Assembly: GCA_050951325.1 (NCBI GenBank) | Contig: JBMNIW010000008.1 | Coordinates: forward strand, 288,001-352,000 | Direction: 5' to 3' | DNA: 64,000 nt | From: Clostridia bacterium | GTDB lineage: Bacteria; Bacillota; Clostridia; UBA1212; DUPL01 | Shown here: positions 51,340-62,559 of the stretch, one piece after another | How positions within the stretch are numbered: the first letter of the stretch is position 1 | How the letters are laid out: every line of letters starts with the position of its first letter | Made by a program: the position numbers and the translations under genes | Notes under the pieces: generated by a model | Database searches by the model: none | Told to the model about the DNA's origin: nothing | The model's input: only the letters and a program-made list of their open reading frames with translations

Positions 51340-52554
51340 CTACTTGCTCATTGTTTGCAACAATACTTGAGTATAAGCACGTGCAAGAAAATCGTTTGGA
51401 TGATTTACATTGTTGCCTGTCATATCATAATATCTCTTGTACTTCAGTAATGCAGAATGGAACTCTGTCATGTCACACAAAGCAATACCTTCTTTGGTCA
51501 TGGATTTAAGTTCGTCAGCAAACTTATATTGGTTTCCGTAAAATCCTTGCACTTCCTCATTGGGAAGCATCGTAGCAACCAAAATAATTTCGCAATCTGG
51601 GTTATCTGCCAGAACACTGTCAATTATCTGCTGAATCTGCTGCTTGTATGTTTGGGGAGGTGTGCCGGCATCATTCATACCAAATGCCAAAACAAGCAAA
51701 TCAGGATTATGTTTGATTACATTCGTATAGACAGTATCGGCACCCCAAGCAGTATTCTGTCCTCCAACAGCTGTGTTTTTGAATGTAATGTCATCATATC
51801 CGTATTTATCTTTTAGAGCATCAACCATCATGTCAGAGAATCTGGGTACCCCCGGTCTTGCACCGATAAGTTTTGAAGAGTTAGCACCAACAGTTATGGA
51901 GTCACCAAAGAATACAATGTTCAATGGCTCTTTATTCTCCAGTTTGGATAATGTTTTTGGCAATTTGTCTCCCTGTGCCTGAGGTACATTTTCCTTCCAA
52001 CCATCTATATGTACATAGGTTACAACAATGTGGTGCTTGTGGAAAGTATCCCCTTCTCCAAATCTAATATAGCCACCACCAGTTCTGCCAAAAACATCAG
52101 AGCCGATTGTTCCATTTGCAGGATACATCCAGCTATATTTTACAGTCTTGATATCTCCATCTTTCTTGATTCTCAGCTTGCCATCAACCAGTTCATAGTC
52201 AACATTCTCTACATATGTATTTCTAAGGGTTGCATCATGCACGGCAATAATCTTCTCTGCTTTATACAATAGAGGAATATCGTCGATTGAACCGTCTTCA
52301 TTCTCCAATGGCAAAACCGATTCATTGTACACAATATTTCCTTCCCAGTATGGAATTGTGTATTTATCAAGTTCATACTCTGAAGAGTCCAAGTCTTCCT
52401 CAGTATATTGGGAAAGAACCTCTTCAAGTGTAGGTGGCTTTGTAGGCTCCGGCGTTGGAGATGCTTTTGGATCTTTCTCTCCTGTCGTACTGCACGATAC
52501 AGTAGTTAAAGTCAGTACGAGGACTACGAATAATTTCAATGTCTTTTTTAACAC
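51340..52554 (-). CDS. SGNH/GDSL hydrolase lipoprotein
   Basis: FGDSIT, FGMND, NHPND; lipobox TVSC; Pro/Thr linker. Confidence 0.88.
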   Translation of the reverse strand: MLKKTLKLFVVLVLTLTTVSCSTTGEKDPKASPTPEPTKPPTLEEVLSQYTEEDLDSSEYELDKYTIPYWEGNIVYNESVLPLENEDGSIDDIPLLYKAEKIIAVHDATLRNTYVENVDYELVDGKLRIKKDGDIKTVKYSWMYPANGTIGSDVFGRTGGGYIRFGEGDTFHKHHIVVTYVHIDGWKENVPQAQGDKLPKTLSKLENKEPLNIVFFGDSITVGANSSKLIGARPGVPRFSDMMVDALKDKYGYDDITFKNTAVGGQNTAWGADTVYTNVIKHNPDLLVLAFGMNDAGTPPQTYKQQIQQIIDSVLADNPDCEIILVATMLPNEEVQGFYGNQYKFADELKSMTKEGIALCDMTEFHSALLKYKRYYDMTGNNVNHPNDFLARAYTQVLLQTMSK

Positions 52555-52769
52555 TTATGACCTCACCTTTCTTGTTATTATCAATTCAGTATCATTTTAC
52601 AGGCGTAAATAAAAAAATGCGAGCAATCGCAACTTCTCAAATTAACTATATCATTTTATATTCTTTTTGCAAGTATTTTTTTCAAAAAATGTACCAAGCC
52701 ATTTTAATCATTGTATTTATTGAAGCTAACTATTCTAAATATTTATTGCAAACATCTCCGCTACAATTA

Positions 52770-52901
52770 ACCAAACAGTTTGGTCACATTCCCCAAGCAC
52801 CAAGGATCGTCCAAACACCAAATGTACTAAAGCTATATCGCTAGCTTCAGTAAGTTTTTACTTGCATTTACATCCCTATGATGTTGTTTATTCCATACAG
52901 T
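52770..52901 (-). pseudogene. TnpB C-terminal relic with partial downstream RNA region
   Basis: Manual translation TVWNKQHHRDVNASKNLLKLAI* matches the TnpB RD.NA..N motif. Confidence 0.6.
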
Positions 52902-53275
52902 TGGCTTGTTGCTCATCTCACGATTTCATCACTCCTTTGGTCTTACTAGATAATACAAATCTACCAATCTGTCATTTTTGTTAATGTGTAAAAGTTTTTT
53001 CGGCAAACTTCTTCCCCCTAAGATTAAAAAATGATATAATAAGCTAACCCATAACATGATTTTTATCATGTCTATTAATAATACAATAAGTCGTTCGTCA
53101 ATTCAGAAGACTCTTTTCTCGCAATATCTCACAAAAACACATTCTATACTACATAAAATCACCATTTTTAAAACTTAAAAAATAATAAATGTAAAAAAGT
53201 CATTGACAAATTCGTATTTTCCTATAGAATTAATTTGCCAATTTAAAATAATTAATGAGGAAGGGATATCAAATT

Positions 53276-53995
53276 ATGAAAAAAGCTTTATGTTTTGTAG
53301 TAGTACTAATGATTCTAACATCATTTGCAATTATGCCTGCTATGGCAGAGGACACAAACCTGGCACTTGGCAAAAGTGTTACCGCTGAATCTGATTACTC
53401 TGGAACTAATCCAAGTAAGGAAGATTTAATATTCTTTTCAGCTACATATCTTACAGACGGAGAAGCTCCTATATGGGACGGCGTAAGCCAAGATGTACAT
53501 CTTTGTTGGTATAGTGAAGCCCAAACACAAGAAACCGATATCAATCTTACAATAGATCTTGAAGATGTATATGCATTAAATAAAGTTGTCTTAACACCAT
53601 CAAGTTTTCTTGATGGCCAGAGCTTTCCTACCGATTTTGACATTCTTGTTTCTAATGACGGCAATGAATGGTCAAAAATAGGTGAAGTTAGAGATCGTAC
53701 TGGCGTTATATCAGACAACATGGTTTTCGATACTGACAAGGAAGCTCGTTATGTAAGAATTAATGTTACCAAAATGAGTCCTATTACTGATGGAAACGTT
53801 TTCTTTGCAGGAATTGCTGAAGTTGAAGCTTATGGTGGACCTGTGACTGCTCCAGAAACTGAGCCAACTACTGAGACAAACCCAGGAACCAATGATCAGT
53901 CATTTACATGGTTGATAGTTGCAACTGCAGCTTTTGCACTCGCATTCGGTGCATTTGTATTTCTGCGTAATCGCAAAGAAGCTGAGGTATTTTAA
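53276..53995 (+). CDS. Discoidin (F5/8 type C) domain surface protein with NPGTND sorting-like motif
   Basis: Signal peptide, NLALGK, LTDG, IDLE, ARYVRI, AEVEAY; NPGTND-TM-basic tail; TTGACA-16-TAGAAT promoter. Confidence 0.8.
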   Translation: MKKALCFVVVLMILTSFAIMPAMAEDTNLALGKSVTAESDYSGTNPSKEDLIFFSATYLTDGEAPIWDGVSQDVHLCWYSEAQTQETDINLTIDLEDVYALNKVVLTPSSFLDGQSFPTDFDILVSNDGNEWSKIGEVRDRTGVISDNMVFDTDKEARYVRINVTKMSPITDGNVFFAGIAEVEAYGGPVTAPETEPTTETNPGTNDQSFTWLIVATAAFALAFGAFVFLRNRKEAEVF

Positions 53996-54203
53996 TATCT
54001 AAGATTCAGCTATTGTTAATGACGTCAATCATCAATGGTTGACGTCGTTTTTATATAACTTGTATGTTAGCCTCATATATGGCTATATATGTAAATTATA
54101 TTTTTATATTCAGTATTTATAAAATTTTTGTATTGACAAATTGGCATATTCATGTAAAATTACCTTGTAAAAAAACACAATGATAAAGGATGGATGATTA
54201 GTA

Positions 54204-54992
54204 ATGAAAAAAATGTTTTGTTTTGCAGTAGCACTAATGATTCTTGTTTCAATTGCTGTAGTGCCTGCAATGGCTGAAGAAGAAAACGTAGCACTTTATA
54301 AATATGTATATTGCGAATCCGATGATCCTGGCGCTAACCCCAGCCTTGAAGGCATCGCATTTTTCTCCGCCGATTTCCTTACAGACGGAGACGCTCCTGA
54401 ATGGGACGGTGTAAGTCAGGATACCCCTCTCTGCTGGTATGGCGGATCAGCAACTCAAGATACACATATAACAATTACTGTTGACCTTGAGAACCTCTAT
54501 GCTCTCAAAAAAATCGTTTTGGTTCCTACAAGCTTTCTTAACGGCATGAACATGCCAACTGACTTCAAAGTTCTTGTTTCCAAAGATGAAAGCGACTGGG
54601 TAACAGTTGCTGAAGTTAATGGCCGTACTGGAGCTACATCAGAAAACTTTATTTACGAGTTTGAAGAAGAAGAAGCTCGCTACATTATGGTCTCAATTAC
54701 CAAAATGAGCCCTGTTAAAGATGATAGCTTCTATTATTCAGGTATTGCTGAACTCGAGGCATACGGCGATCTTCTGTCTACTCCTACAGCTGAACCAACA
54801 GAGGTCCCACAGGAAACACCAGCAGATGAGACTACTGAAGAACCTTCAGAGACTCCTGCTGCAACTAAGGACAATACTGATAAAGAAGATGACAAAAAGT
54901 CCGACTTCCCTGTTGTTCCAGTTGCAATCGCAGCTGCAGCAGTTGTCGTAATCGCAGTGGTAGTTGTTATAGTTAAAAAGAAGAAGTCATAA
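54204..54992 (+). CDS. Discoidin domain surface protein (tandem paralog)
   Basis: Same domain; acidic Pro/Thr linker, TM, KKKKS; TTGACA-16-TAAAAT promoter. Confidence 0.8.
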   Translation: MKKMFCFAVALMILVSIAVVPAMAEEENVALYKYVYCESDDPGANPSLEGIAFFSADFLTDGDAPEWDGVSQDTPLCWYGGSATQDTHITITVDLENLYALKKIVLVPTSFLNGMNMPTDFKVLVSKDESDWVTVAEVNGRTGATSENFIYEFEEEEARYIMVSITKMSPVKDDSFYYSGIAELEAYGDLLSTPTAEPTEVPQETPADETTEEPSETPAATKDNTDKEDDKKSDFPVVPVAIAAAAVVVIAVVVVIVKKKKS

Positions 54993-55018
54993 GTACAATA
55001 CATAAATTGACTACATTA

Positions 55019-55053
55019 CCAAGAAAGTAGAACATCAAGTTCTACTTTCTTGG
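55019..55053 (+). terminator. Terminator-like hairpin
   Basis: CCAAGAAAGTAGAAC/GTTCTACTTTCTTGG. Confidence 0.7.
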
Positions 55054-55209
55054 CTTTCAGAACAAATCCTGACCACATTGCAGACTCCTCTTGAGCAAGT
55101 CCTGCAGTACGCCTATATATTATTATCTTCTTTATTTAGAATCATGGCAATAAAAGTTTAAGTAAAGTTCTATGATAAGAATTGACAGCAAAAATTTTAA
55201 TAACGGCTA

Positions 55210-55238
55210 TTGACAATTTGTGAAGTATTGTATATAAT
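55210..55238 (+). promoter_or_regulatory. Sigma-A promoter of tRNA
   Basis: TTGACA-17-TATAAT. Confidence 0.8.
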
Positions 55239-55271
55239 ATCTTTTGTCGCTGTGAGCGACATATTACATTC

Positions 55272-55348
55272 GGGCCATTAGCTCAGTTGGTTAGAGCAAC
55301 CGGCTCATAACCGGTTGGTCCGGGGTTCGAGTCCCTGATGGCCCACCA
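55272..55348 (+). tRNA. tRNA with CAT anticodon, probably tRNA-Ile2 (lysidine)
   Basis: GGGCCATTAGCTCAG..CCGGCTCATAACCGG..GTTCGAGT..GGCCCACCA; body resembles Firmicute Ile2 rather than Met. Confidence 0.93.
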
Positions 55349-55439
55349 ATATAAGAATCTGGAAGAGACTAAAATCCTTCCAGATTTTTTTATACAATTA
55401 AAACATAAGACATTATATCCTTAAGGAAAAACAAGCCCT

Positions 55440-55703
55440 CTATTTCGAGAGCTTGTCTATAATACCCATTATCTCCTCAATCTTTTCATCACTGTTTCCT
55501 TTTAAGATAGCTTCCTTGACACACCCGTTAATATGGGCATGAAGTATCTCCTTGTTAACTCTTCTCAAAATCGCCTGGGTTGCCAAAAGCTGTGTGGATA
55601 TGTCAATGCAATACCTGTCATCCTCCACCATTTTAATAAGGCCGTCTATCTGTCCTTTGGCCGTTTTAAGTAGACGATACACCTTTTCCTTATCCGCCTG
55701 CAT
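55440..55703 (-). CDS. csoR: Copper-sensing repressor
   Basis: GQIDG, RYCIDI, HINGCV. Confidence 0.9.
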   Translation of the reverse strand: MQADKEKVYRLLKTAKGQIDGLIKMVEDDRYCIDISTQLLATQAILRRVNKEILHAHINGCVKEAILKGNSDEKIEEIMGIIDKLSK

Positions 55704-55715
55704 TTTCCGCCTCCT

Positions 55716-55943
55716 TTAACCAAACAAACCTTTTTTCTCTGATATTGAAACCACCTCGTATCCTGCATCAGAAACCGCCTTGGCAAGAATATAATCATCC
55801 ACATCAGACTTAAGATCAACCACGGCATTTTTCTTCTTCAAATTTACTTTTGCAGAAACACCATCCAATGAATTCAAAGCCTTTTCCACATGACTTTTGC
55901 AATGATTGCAAGTCATTCCTTCTATTTGTATTACCTTCTTCAT
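55716..55943 (-). CDS. copZ: Copper chaperone
   Basis: GMTCNHC HMA domain. Confidence 0.9.
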   Translation of the reverse strand: MKKVIQIEGMTCNHCKSHVEKALNSLDGVSAKVNLKKKNAVVDLKSDVDDYILAKAVSDAGYEVVSISEKKGLFG

Positions 55944-55964
55944 TCCTAAAAACCCCTTTCATTA

Positions 55965-58235
55965 TTATTCTCTATTAAAAAATCTCAATCTTAGAGCATT
56001 TGTAACCACAAATACCGAACTCAAACTCATGGCAAGAGCTCCGATCATTGGACTTAGCTTAAGTCCAAAGAAGGGATAGAACACTCCAGCTGCCAAAGGT
56101 ATGCCCAGTGTATTGTAGAAGAATGCCCAGAACAGATTCTGTTTTATATTCTTTATTGTCGCCTTTCCTAGCTTTACAGCAAATACAGCATCATTTAGAT
56201 CGCTTCTCATAAGAACAATATCAGCAGACTCTATGGCAATATCAGTACCTGCACCAATAGCTATACCTACATCTGCTCTAACCAACGCAGGCGCATCGTT
56301 GATACCGTCTCCCACCATAGCCACCTTTTTGCCTTCTTCCTGCAGTTTCCTTACGATGCTTTCCTTGTCTTGCGGCATGACATCGGCTACCACGTTGTCT
56401 ATTTGAAGGCTGCCTGCTACAGCCTTTGCAGTAGTTTCATTATCGCCAGTCAGCATTATGACATCAATACCCATATCCTTAAGCTCTTTTATTGCACTTT
56501 TGCTGCTTTCCTTCACAGTATCAGCCACCGCAATAACTCCAATGAAAGTATTTTCCTTTGCAAAGTAAAGAGGAGTTTTCCCTTCCTGCGAGAGGTTGTT
56601 GCCATTTACCGAGTCAGGCACCTTAATTGAGTTGTCCCTCATCATTTCAATATTTCCAGCCACATAACTCTTACCATCAATTATAGCGGTTATACCTCTT
56701 CCTGGCACTGCATTAAAGGATTCCACCTCCACAAGTTCAAGATCATTATCCTTGGCTTTTGCCAGTATGGCTTCTGCAAGAGGATGCTCGGAGGGTTTTT
56801 CAATCGAAGCAGCTATAATCAAAAGTTCCTTCTCATCAACACCAAAAGGCATAATGTCCGTAACTTTTGGTTTTCCTTCCGTTATGGTTCCTGTCTTGTC
56901 CAGAACCATGGTGTCTATCGAATGCATAAGCTCAAGTGCCTCTGCAGACTTTACCAATACACCATTTGAAGCACCTTGACCCGTAGCCACCATAACCGCA
57001 ACCGGTGTTGCAAGACCTAGAGCACACGGACAGGAAATGACCAGCACACTAATCCCTATTGTCATGGCAAACTCAAATCCGTAACCAAGCGCATACCAAA
57101 TTATACTGGAAACAATAGCTATAACTATGACTACTGGAACGAAAATGCCGCTTATCTTGTCAGCCAGTTTGGATATTGGAGCCTTTGAAGAGCCCGCCTC
57201 CTCCACCAGCCTTACAATCTGCGCAAGAGTAGTGTCATTACCCACCTTCTCCGCTTTGAACTTGAAATATCCGCTTTTGTTGACAGTTGCTGCATGCACC
57301 TTGTCACCTACATTCTTTTCAACAGGCATACTTTCCCCTGTCAGCGCTGACTGGTCGACAGAAGTCCTTCCTTCAACAACGACCCCATCCACAGGAATAC
57401 TTGCACCAGGCCTTACAACTACAACATCCCCTATTACAACCTCATCAACGGAAATGGTTTCTTCTTTTCCATCCCTCATAACAGTAGCTGTCTTTGGTGC
57501 AAGATTCAAAAGCTTTGCAATCGCATCCGAGGTCTTGCCTTTTGACCTGGTTTCAAGAAACTTGCCCAAGGTTATAAGGGCGAGAATCATGGCTGCAGAC
57601 TCAAAATACAGATCATGTGTATACTGGTTCACAATATCCATATCACCATGACCAAGGCCGTATCCTATTCTAAATATTGCAAATACTCCATACACCAAGG
57701 CAGCACCTGATCCGATTGCAATCAATGTATCCATATTGGGCGACAGTTTGAACAGCGTCTTGAAACCCACCTGAAAATACTTTCTGTTTAGAAACACAAT
57801 CGGGAGAGTTAACAGAAGCTGCACCATAGCAAAGGATACCGCATTCTCATGCCCAATAAGAAATGATGGCATTGGAAGTCCAATCATATGCCCCATAGAC
57901 ACATACATAAGAGGCACCAGAAATACAAAGGACCAAATTACCCTGTTCTTCATTTCCTTTAGTTCTTCCCTGACAAGATTGGCACCAGTTTCCTCTTTTC
58001 CTGAAGCCTTCTCCTCCGAGAAAACCGATGCCTTGTAACCGGCACTGTTTACAGCCTCTATTATCTTTTCATCTATATTCAAGTTATCAATATTCTCATC
58101 CAATTCCACAGTCATGCTCTTTGTCAACAGGTTTACATTAACATCTTTTACTCCCTGTATTTTCTGAACTGTTCTGTTAACTGCGGCAGAACACGCTGAA
58201 CATGTCATGCCTTCAACCGTGTATTTGTTCTTCAC
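55965..58235 (-). CDS. copA: Copper-exporting P1B ATPase
   Basis: GMTCSAC, TGES, CPC, DKTGT, GDGIND, YN..MSLSS; GTG start after GAGGTG. Confidence 0.95.
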   Translation of the reverse strand: MKNKYTVEGMTCSACSAAVNRTVQKIQGVKDVNVNLLTKSMTVELDENIDNLNIDEKIIEAVNSAGYKASVFSEEKASGKEETGANLVREELKEMKNRVIWSFVFLVPLMYVSMGHMIGLPMPSFLIGHENAVSFAMVQLLLTLPIVFLNRKYFQVGFKTLFKLSPNMDTLIAIGSGAALVYGVFAIFRIGYGLGHGDMDIVNQYTHDLYFESAAMILALITLGKFLETRSKGKTSDAIAKLLNLAPKTATVMRDGKEETISVDEVVIGDVVVVRPGASIPVDGVVVEGRTSVDQSALTGESMPVEKNVGDKVHAATVNKSGYFKFKAEKVGNDTTLAQIVRLVEEAGSSKAPISKLADKISGIFVPVVIVIAIVSSIIWYALGYGFEFAMTIGISVLVISCPCALGLATPVAVMVATGQGASNGVLVKSAEALELMHSIDTMVLDKTGTITEGKPKVTDIMPFGVDEKELLIIAASIEKPSEHPLAEAILAKAKDNDLELVEVESFNAVPGRGITAIIDGKSYVAGNIEMMRDNSIKVPDSVNGNNLSQEGKTPLYFAKENTFIGVIAVADTVKESSKSAIKELKDMGIDVIMLTGDNETTAKAVAGSLQIDNVVADVMPQDKESIVRKLQEEGKKVAMVGDGINDAPALVRADVGIAIGAGTDIAIESADIVLMRSDLNDAVFAVKLGKATIKNIKQNLFWAFFYNTLGIPLAAGVFYPFFGLKLSPMIGALAMSLSSVFVVTNALRLRFFNRE

Positions 58236-58254
58236 TTGTTTCACCTCTCTTAAT

Positions 58255-58282
58255 ATACCTACACCCCCTGGGGGTATATATA
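58255..58282. promoter_or_regulatory. CsoR operator
   Basis: TACACCCCCTGGGGGTATA pseudo-palindrome in the copA promoter. Confidence 0.8.
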
Positions 58283-58369
58283 GTTTACTCCTAATGTTAT
58301 TGTTTGTCAATACATAGAGCAGTATTCACAAAAATTTAAAAGCCCCGCCTATTTCAAGCGGAGCTTTTT

Positions 58370-58900
58370 CTATTCATTGATTACATTTATCTGGCACTGC
58401 TTCATGGCTTTCAACGCGTTTTCATGAACCTCCCGGTTTGATCCCGCACAACAGGAAGCATCCACGGTTACCAGCACTTCAGGGCAAAAGGCTTTAATTA
58501 AAAGTGTATTGGAGAGAACACAAATATCAGTAACCAATCCCACAATTTCCACTTCTCTAAGACCTTCTTCAAACATTCTTGCCACTTTCTCACCCAAGGC
58601 GGTGCTTCCAAAGGTGTACTTTACAATCTCAGTGTATTTCTTGTCCTTTGCAGCATCCAGAAGGTCTTTATGCACCTTGTGGCCATGCGTGCCTTCCTTG
58701 CAGTGTACGACAGGCAAATTTCTTCCCTCCTGCGTATCCAAATAATCTTCTTTATGTGTATCAAGAGTAAATACAATTTCTCCTTCATGTTTCTTTATCT
58801 TATCAACCACTGCTGGAACAATCCTTTTAGCTTCCTCGCTTCCTAAAGCGCCATCAATAAAATCATTTTGCATATCAACTACTACCAATAGTTTTTCCAT
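58370..58900 (-). CDS. Isochorismatase-family cysteine hydrolase (nicotinamidase-like)
   Basis: VDMQNDF, DTH, VHC, GLVTDICV. Confidence 0.88.
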   Translation of the reverse strand: MEKLLVVVDMQNDFIDGALGSEEAKRIVPAVVDKIKKHEGEIVFTLDTHKEDYLDTQEGRNLPVVHCKEGTHGHKVHKDLLDAAKDKKYTEIVKYTFGSTALGEKVARMFEEGLREVEIVGLVTDICVLSNTLLIKAFCPEVLVTVDASCCAGSNREVHENALKAMKQCQINVINE

Positions 58901-58966
58901 AAAATATCTCCTTTCTCCAAGTAGTATAATTCATTATACCACAAAAACTGGAGAAAGGACGAAATG

Positions 58967-61885
58967 CTAGTTTTCTATCTTAAACGTTCTTTTGGCATCA
59001 GGACTCTCCATTTCAAACACAAAGGAAAAACTATACGTTCCATCCATGTTGAAGTGTACTGAATAACCATCATACTCATGAACAAAAAACTCAATGGGCA
59101 CGTATTCACCATCCACAAGCTCATAAATCCTTGGCTTCTTGATATTCGTAAAGCCATCTATACGAACTGCATTGTTGTTCCTTCCGCCTGATATGGTAAA
59201 CTCGGCTTGATTGTCCACACACTTGATCCTTGGCAGATAAGCATCCTTTACAACCTCTCCCTTTATTGCCTCAATTTTTAAAGGCTTCAGCGCCGAATCC
59301 TCTCTTACGTATCTGACATTGTCATCATGCAAATCGTTGTATGATCCATATGGGAGAAGAATAAAATCCAGTTCAATGTAGTCGCCCTTCTTGAATTTGG
59401 TTTTGCCCAAGTCAAGACTGAGGCTTCCTATGTTGATGGTTCCACTGAAGGTATTCCTGAAAACAAAGCCGCCACTGTACTTCTTCTTCCCAATCTTTAT
59501 ATTGCTGTTTTTCAATATGAAACCAAAGTTCATATCCTCGTTTTTATCAAGTTCAAAATATGAGAAGTACGGATTCTGATTGCCCAGTTTGTAGATCTGT
59601 GTATTCTCAGTGGCAGTATCAATCATCACTGTCTTTGGCTCATTGTTTTCATCCAGATACCCTGCCTGATAGAACTTGTTGCCTCTTGAGTCAAAAGTGA
59701 ACAGTGAAAAGTTTTCTCTGACATTGTCTATTGTGAGGTCTTTCAAAAACTCAAGACGTAAAGAGTAATACGTCCTGTTTTCATCCGTTTGCGGAAACTC
59801 CAGATGTCTCAATGTATATTTGTAGGATCCGCAGTCAGATATGTAGCTGTAGTCCAAGTCTGCATACGTCTGACCCGAACTCCTAATATACGTTCCTGTA
59901 TACTCACTGCCTATCTTCTTTACCCCTTTCATGTATGAGACAAAATACAGTCTTCCAACAGAGTTGAACTGGGGTTGCGATGTCCACATGATGCCGCTTG
60001 GACCGCGAAAATCAGGCAGTGTCCAACCATCCTTGCCATAGACATAATATGGAGCAATGCAGTTTGATTCGGTTACACCTGTGGAAAGATGGTAGTACGA
60101 AACATGGAACTGTATCCAGGACAGCTGCTTGAGAGGATAGCTGCCCCAGTTCTGATAAAGGTGGAGAAGAGTAAATTCAGCCTCCTCGCTTGCTTTCAGT
60201 ACAAGCGGGAAGAAGGTATCACCATAGGCATTATCCTCAGGATCATAAAATGGTTCCTCGTATTCCCCTTTGAAGTTCTTGCCCACCTGAAGAGGTATTG
60301 GTATCAGTGTTTCCGTATCGTCAAGCAGCGCGGCACATTCAAGACCGCCTGATTCTGAATTCATCCATATATAAATACCTCTGTCGTTATTGTCCGACTT
60401 AACCTTTATTCTTGCAGTATAATGCTTGTCAGGTTCACGGTAGTACGCTTTGTTGAAATCAGAACCTTCCATGGTAAACCTGTAGGCACCCCTTATATGG
60501 TCATAACCGGCAAATTGGGCATCCGCATTGGTATCCATCACGGTTATGTCTGCAAGAGGATTCCTTTCATTGAAAGCTTCCTTGTCTATACCTGCAAAGG
60601 AATGAGACAGGTCGGTGTATACCCTGTTTCCAAAGGTGATGTCGTCCATTTTCCTGATATTGTTTCCTGTCACATTGGCATACTGGGTGAATACATAGTT
60701 GTCCTTATCCTCTGTTAAAGTGCAATAGGATGTACTTCCATCCGGCGGGATTATGAATCCAACCACACCCACCTTCTTTATGTCAAACGCCACATACTCC
60801 AAACTTTCCCCATCCATCTTGCTTATGTCGCTGCTCGTTCCGTTCTTGTCCCTGTATTGAATTTTTGCCACCGACTTTTTACTTATCCTCACTTCGAAAC
60901 CGAAACCTGCCAGCTCATTGTAGTCATTAGAGGCAATCAATCTGAATTCCTGATGCATTTTGTCAGAGTATGTATGAATGGTCTTGTCAAGTTTCAGAGG
61001 AACGGACGCCGCTTCAGTCCTAACCGCATTTACTGACTTGAAAGTTATCTTTTCACCGGAAGCACTTCCAATATCAAAGCGGATTCCTTTAAGGGGGGTA
61101 TTGAACAAGCCTGTGCCGGACAGATCAATTAAATATGTATGATAGTTTCCATCAGCGAGCACCTTGAAGGAAGTAACCTGCTGTGCGTTAAATCCTTCTG
61201 TGTCCTCGGTAAAGAAGTACAAATAGCCAATGTTTGCTGTACCCTCCACTTTCATTTCCACCTGTATTGCATTGTATATGGCAGGATTCACATGAATTCC
61301 CGTCCTTACCACATATGGGTCATAATCACCTGCAATTTCAACTACCATGGTATTGTCCTGGTAGTTGATGCCCTTTATATCCTTGCTGCCCTGCCAGCTC
61401 CTTGTGTCAAACCCGCTTATGTCAAGTTTTTCATAAATGGTAACATCCTGTTTTCCAAATCCCAGATCCCTAATATGGGTTTCATAATAGTAGTATCCAA
61501 GCCTTGTCGTATTGACCCTGGCAGTACTTATTGAATCAGACGCATAAAATGTGCTGCCGCTTGTATCCCTGACAAAAACATCCATCGTATTCTTCAAGTA
61601 TGTTTTTCCCTTGTTTGTTTTAAGAGCCGTAACATACTTATTGCTTCCCCCCATAAGCTCGTGGACAAGCTCAACCTGGGTATTGATAATAGTAAGGCTG
61701 CTTCTGTCAGGTTTGTTGTAGTAAGCCTGCACCTTGTTTGCAATACTGTTTGCATACACCATGGATGCGGATAATTTGGTATCTCCACTGGTATCTCTTG
61801 GAGGCACTTTTTTTACATCCGTACCACAACCTGCCAATATAACAACACAAAAAATCAGACAAAAAATACGAATAAGCCTATTCAT
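58967..61885 (-). CDS. Large hypothetical lipoprotein (~970 aa)
   Basis: Lipobox LAGC; CBM-like segment DGNYHTYLIDL..GIRFD. Confidence 0.75.
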   Translation of the reverse strand: MNRLIRIFCLIFCVVILAGCGTDVKKVPPRDTSGDTKLSASMVYANSIANKVQAYYNKPDRSSLTIINTQVELVHELMGGSNKYVTALKTNKGKTYLKNTMDVFVRDTSGSTFYASDSISTARVNTTRLGYYYYETHIRDLGFGKQDVTIYEKLDISGFDTRSWQGSKDIKGINYQDNTMVVEIAGDYDPYVVRTGIHVNPAIYNAIQVEMKVEGTANIGYLYFFTEDTEGFNAQQVTSFKVLADGNYHTYLIDLSGTGLFNTPLKGIRFDIGSASGEKITFKSVNAVRTEAASVPLKLDKTIHTYSDKMHQEFRLIASNDYNELAGFGFEVRISKKSVAKIQYRDKNGTSSDISKMDGESLEYVAFDIKKVGVVGFIIPPDGSTSYCTLTEDKDNYVFTQYANVTGNNIRKMDDITFGNRVYTDLSHSFAGIDKEAFNERNPLADITVMDTNADAQFAGYDHIRGAYRFTMEGSDFNKAYYREPDKHYTARIKVKSDNNDRGIYIWMNSESGGLECAALLDDTETLIPIPLQVGKNFKGEYEEPFYDPEDNAYGDTFFPLVLKASEEAEFTLLHLYQNWGSYPLKQLSWIQFHVSYYHLSTGVTESNCIAPYYVYGKDGWTLPDFRGPSGIMWTSQPQFNSVGRLYFVSYMKGVKKIGSEYTGTYIRSSGQTYADLDYSYISDCGSYKYTLRHLEFPQTDENRTYYSLRLEFLKDLTIDNVRENFSLFTFDSRGNKFYQAGYLDENNEPKTVMIDTATENTQIYKLGNQNPYFSYFELDKNEDMNFGFILKNSNIKIGKKKYSGGFVFRNTFSGTINIGSLSLDLGKTKFKKGDYIELDFILLPYGSYNDLHDDNVRYVREDSALKPLKIEAIKGEVVKDAYLPRIKCVDNQAEFTISGGRNNNAVRIDGFTNIKKPRIYELVDGEYVPIEFFVHEYDGYSVHFNMDGTYSFSFVFEMESPDAKRTFKIEN

Positions 61886-62000
61886 GTATAACTCTCCTCG
61901 CAAGTAATATGTTAACAATATAATATCACAAAAAGGCAACTAAAAAAACTGCCACTTTTCAGTGACAGTCCTTGTTACATCATTTTTGTGCGGCTGTGTT

Positions 62001-62558
62001 TCACAAGGGTAAGTGGTATTTGATTTTCTTCGCAACCCAGGAAGCAAGAAGACTCATAATAACATCACCAGGGATAAAAGGGATTACGCAAAGCATTAGA
62101 ATTTTCCATAAACCCATATTGTTTCCAAGGTACAGATTCATAATTATATGAAAATAAATGGTACCTAGAGTATAGCAGGCTGCAATGCTCCCAAACGAAG
62201 CCAAAAGATATCTTGAATATGATACTTCCTTTCTTTTGCCCACAATCAATCCGGCAACAAAGGCACCTGCCACAAAACCAAGAATATAGCCGAAGGTGGG
62301 CTGAAGTACGTAGCCAAATCCTCCTCCATTTGTAAACACGGGAAGTCCAATCAACCCTGCAATAATGTATATTGAAACAGAGATGGCTCCCTTGCAAGAG
62401 CCCAGAAGCAAACCCGCAAGTGTGGTAAAGGTCAGCTGCATTGTAATTGGAACATATGAAATCGGTATCTTTATATATGCTCCAATGGTAGACAGCGCCG
62501 CAAAAAGAGCGCATAAAACAATAGATTGTGTATCAAATATTCTCTTTTCCCTTTTCAT
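62001..62558 (-). CDS. bioY: Biotin transporter
   Basis: VPITMQ, GLPVF, PTFGYILGF, FIPGD. Confidence 0.93.
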   Translation of the reverse strand: MKREKRIFDTQSIVLCALFAALSTIGAYIKIPISYVPITMQLTFTTLAGLLLGSCKGAISVSIYIIAGLIGLPVFTNGGGFGYVLQPTFGYILGFVAGAFVAGLIVGKRKEVSYSRYLLASFGSIAACYTLGTIYFHIIMNLYLGNNMGLWKILMLCVIPFIPGDVIMSLLASWVAKKIKYHLPL

Positions 62559-62559
62559 G

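Noticed and set aside
55272-55348. tRNA as an island integration site
   Set aside because: No integrase and no duplicated tRNA 3' end noticed; terminator follows directly
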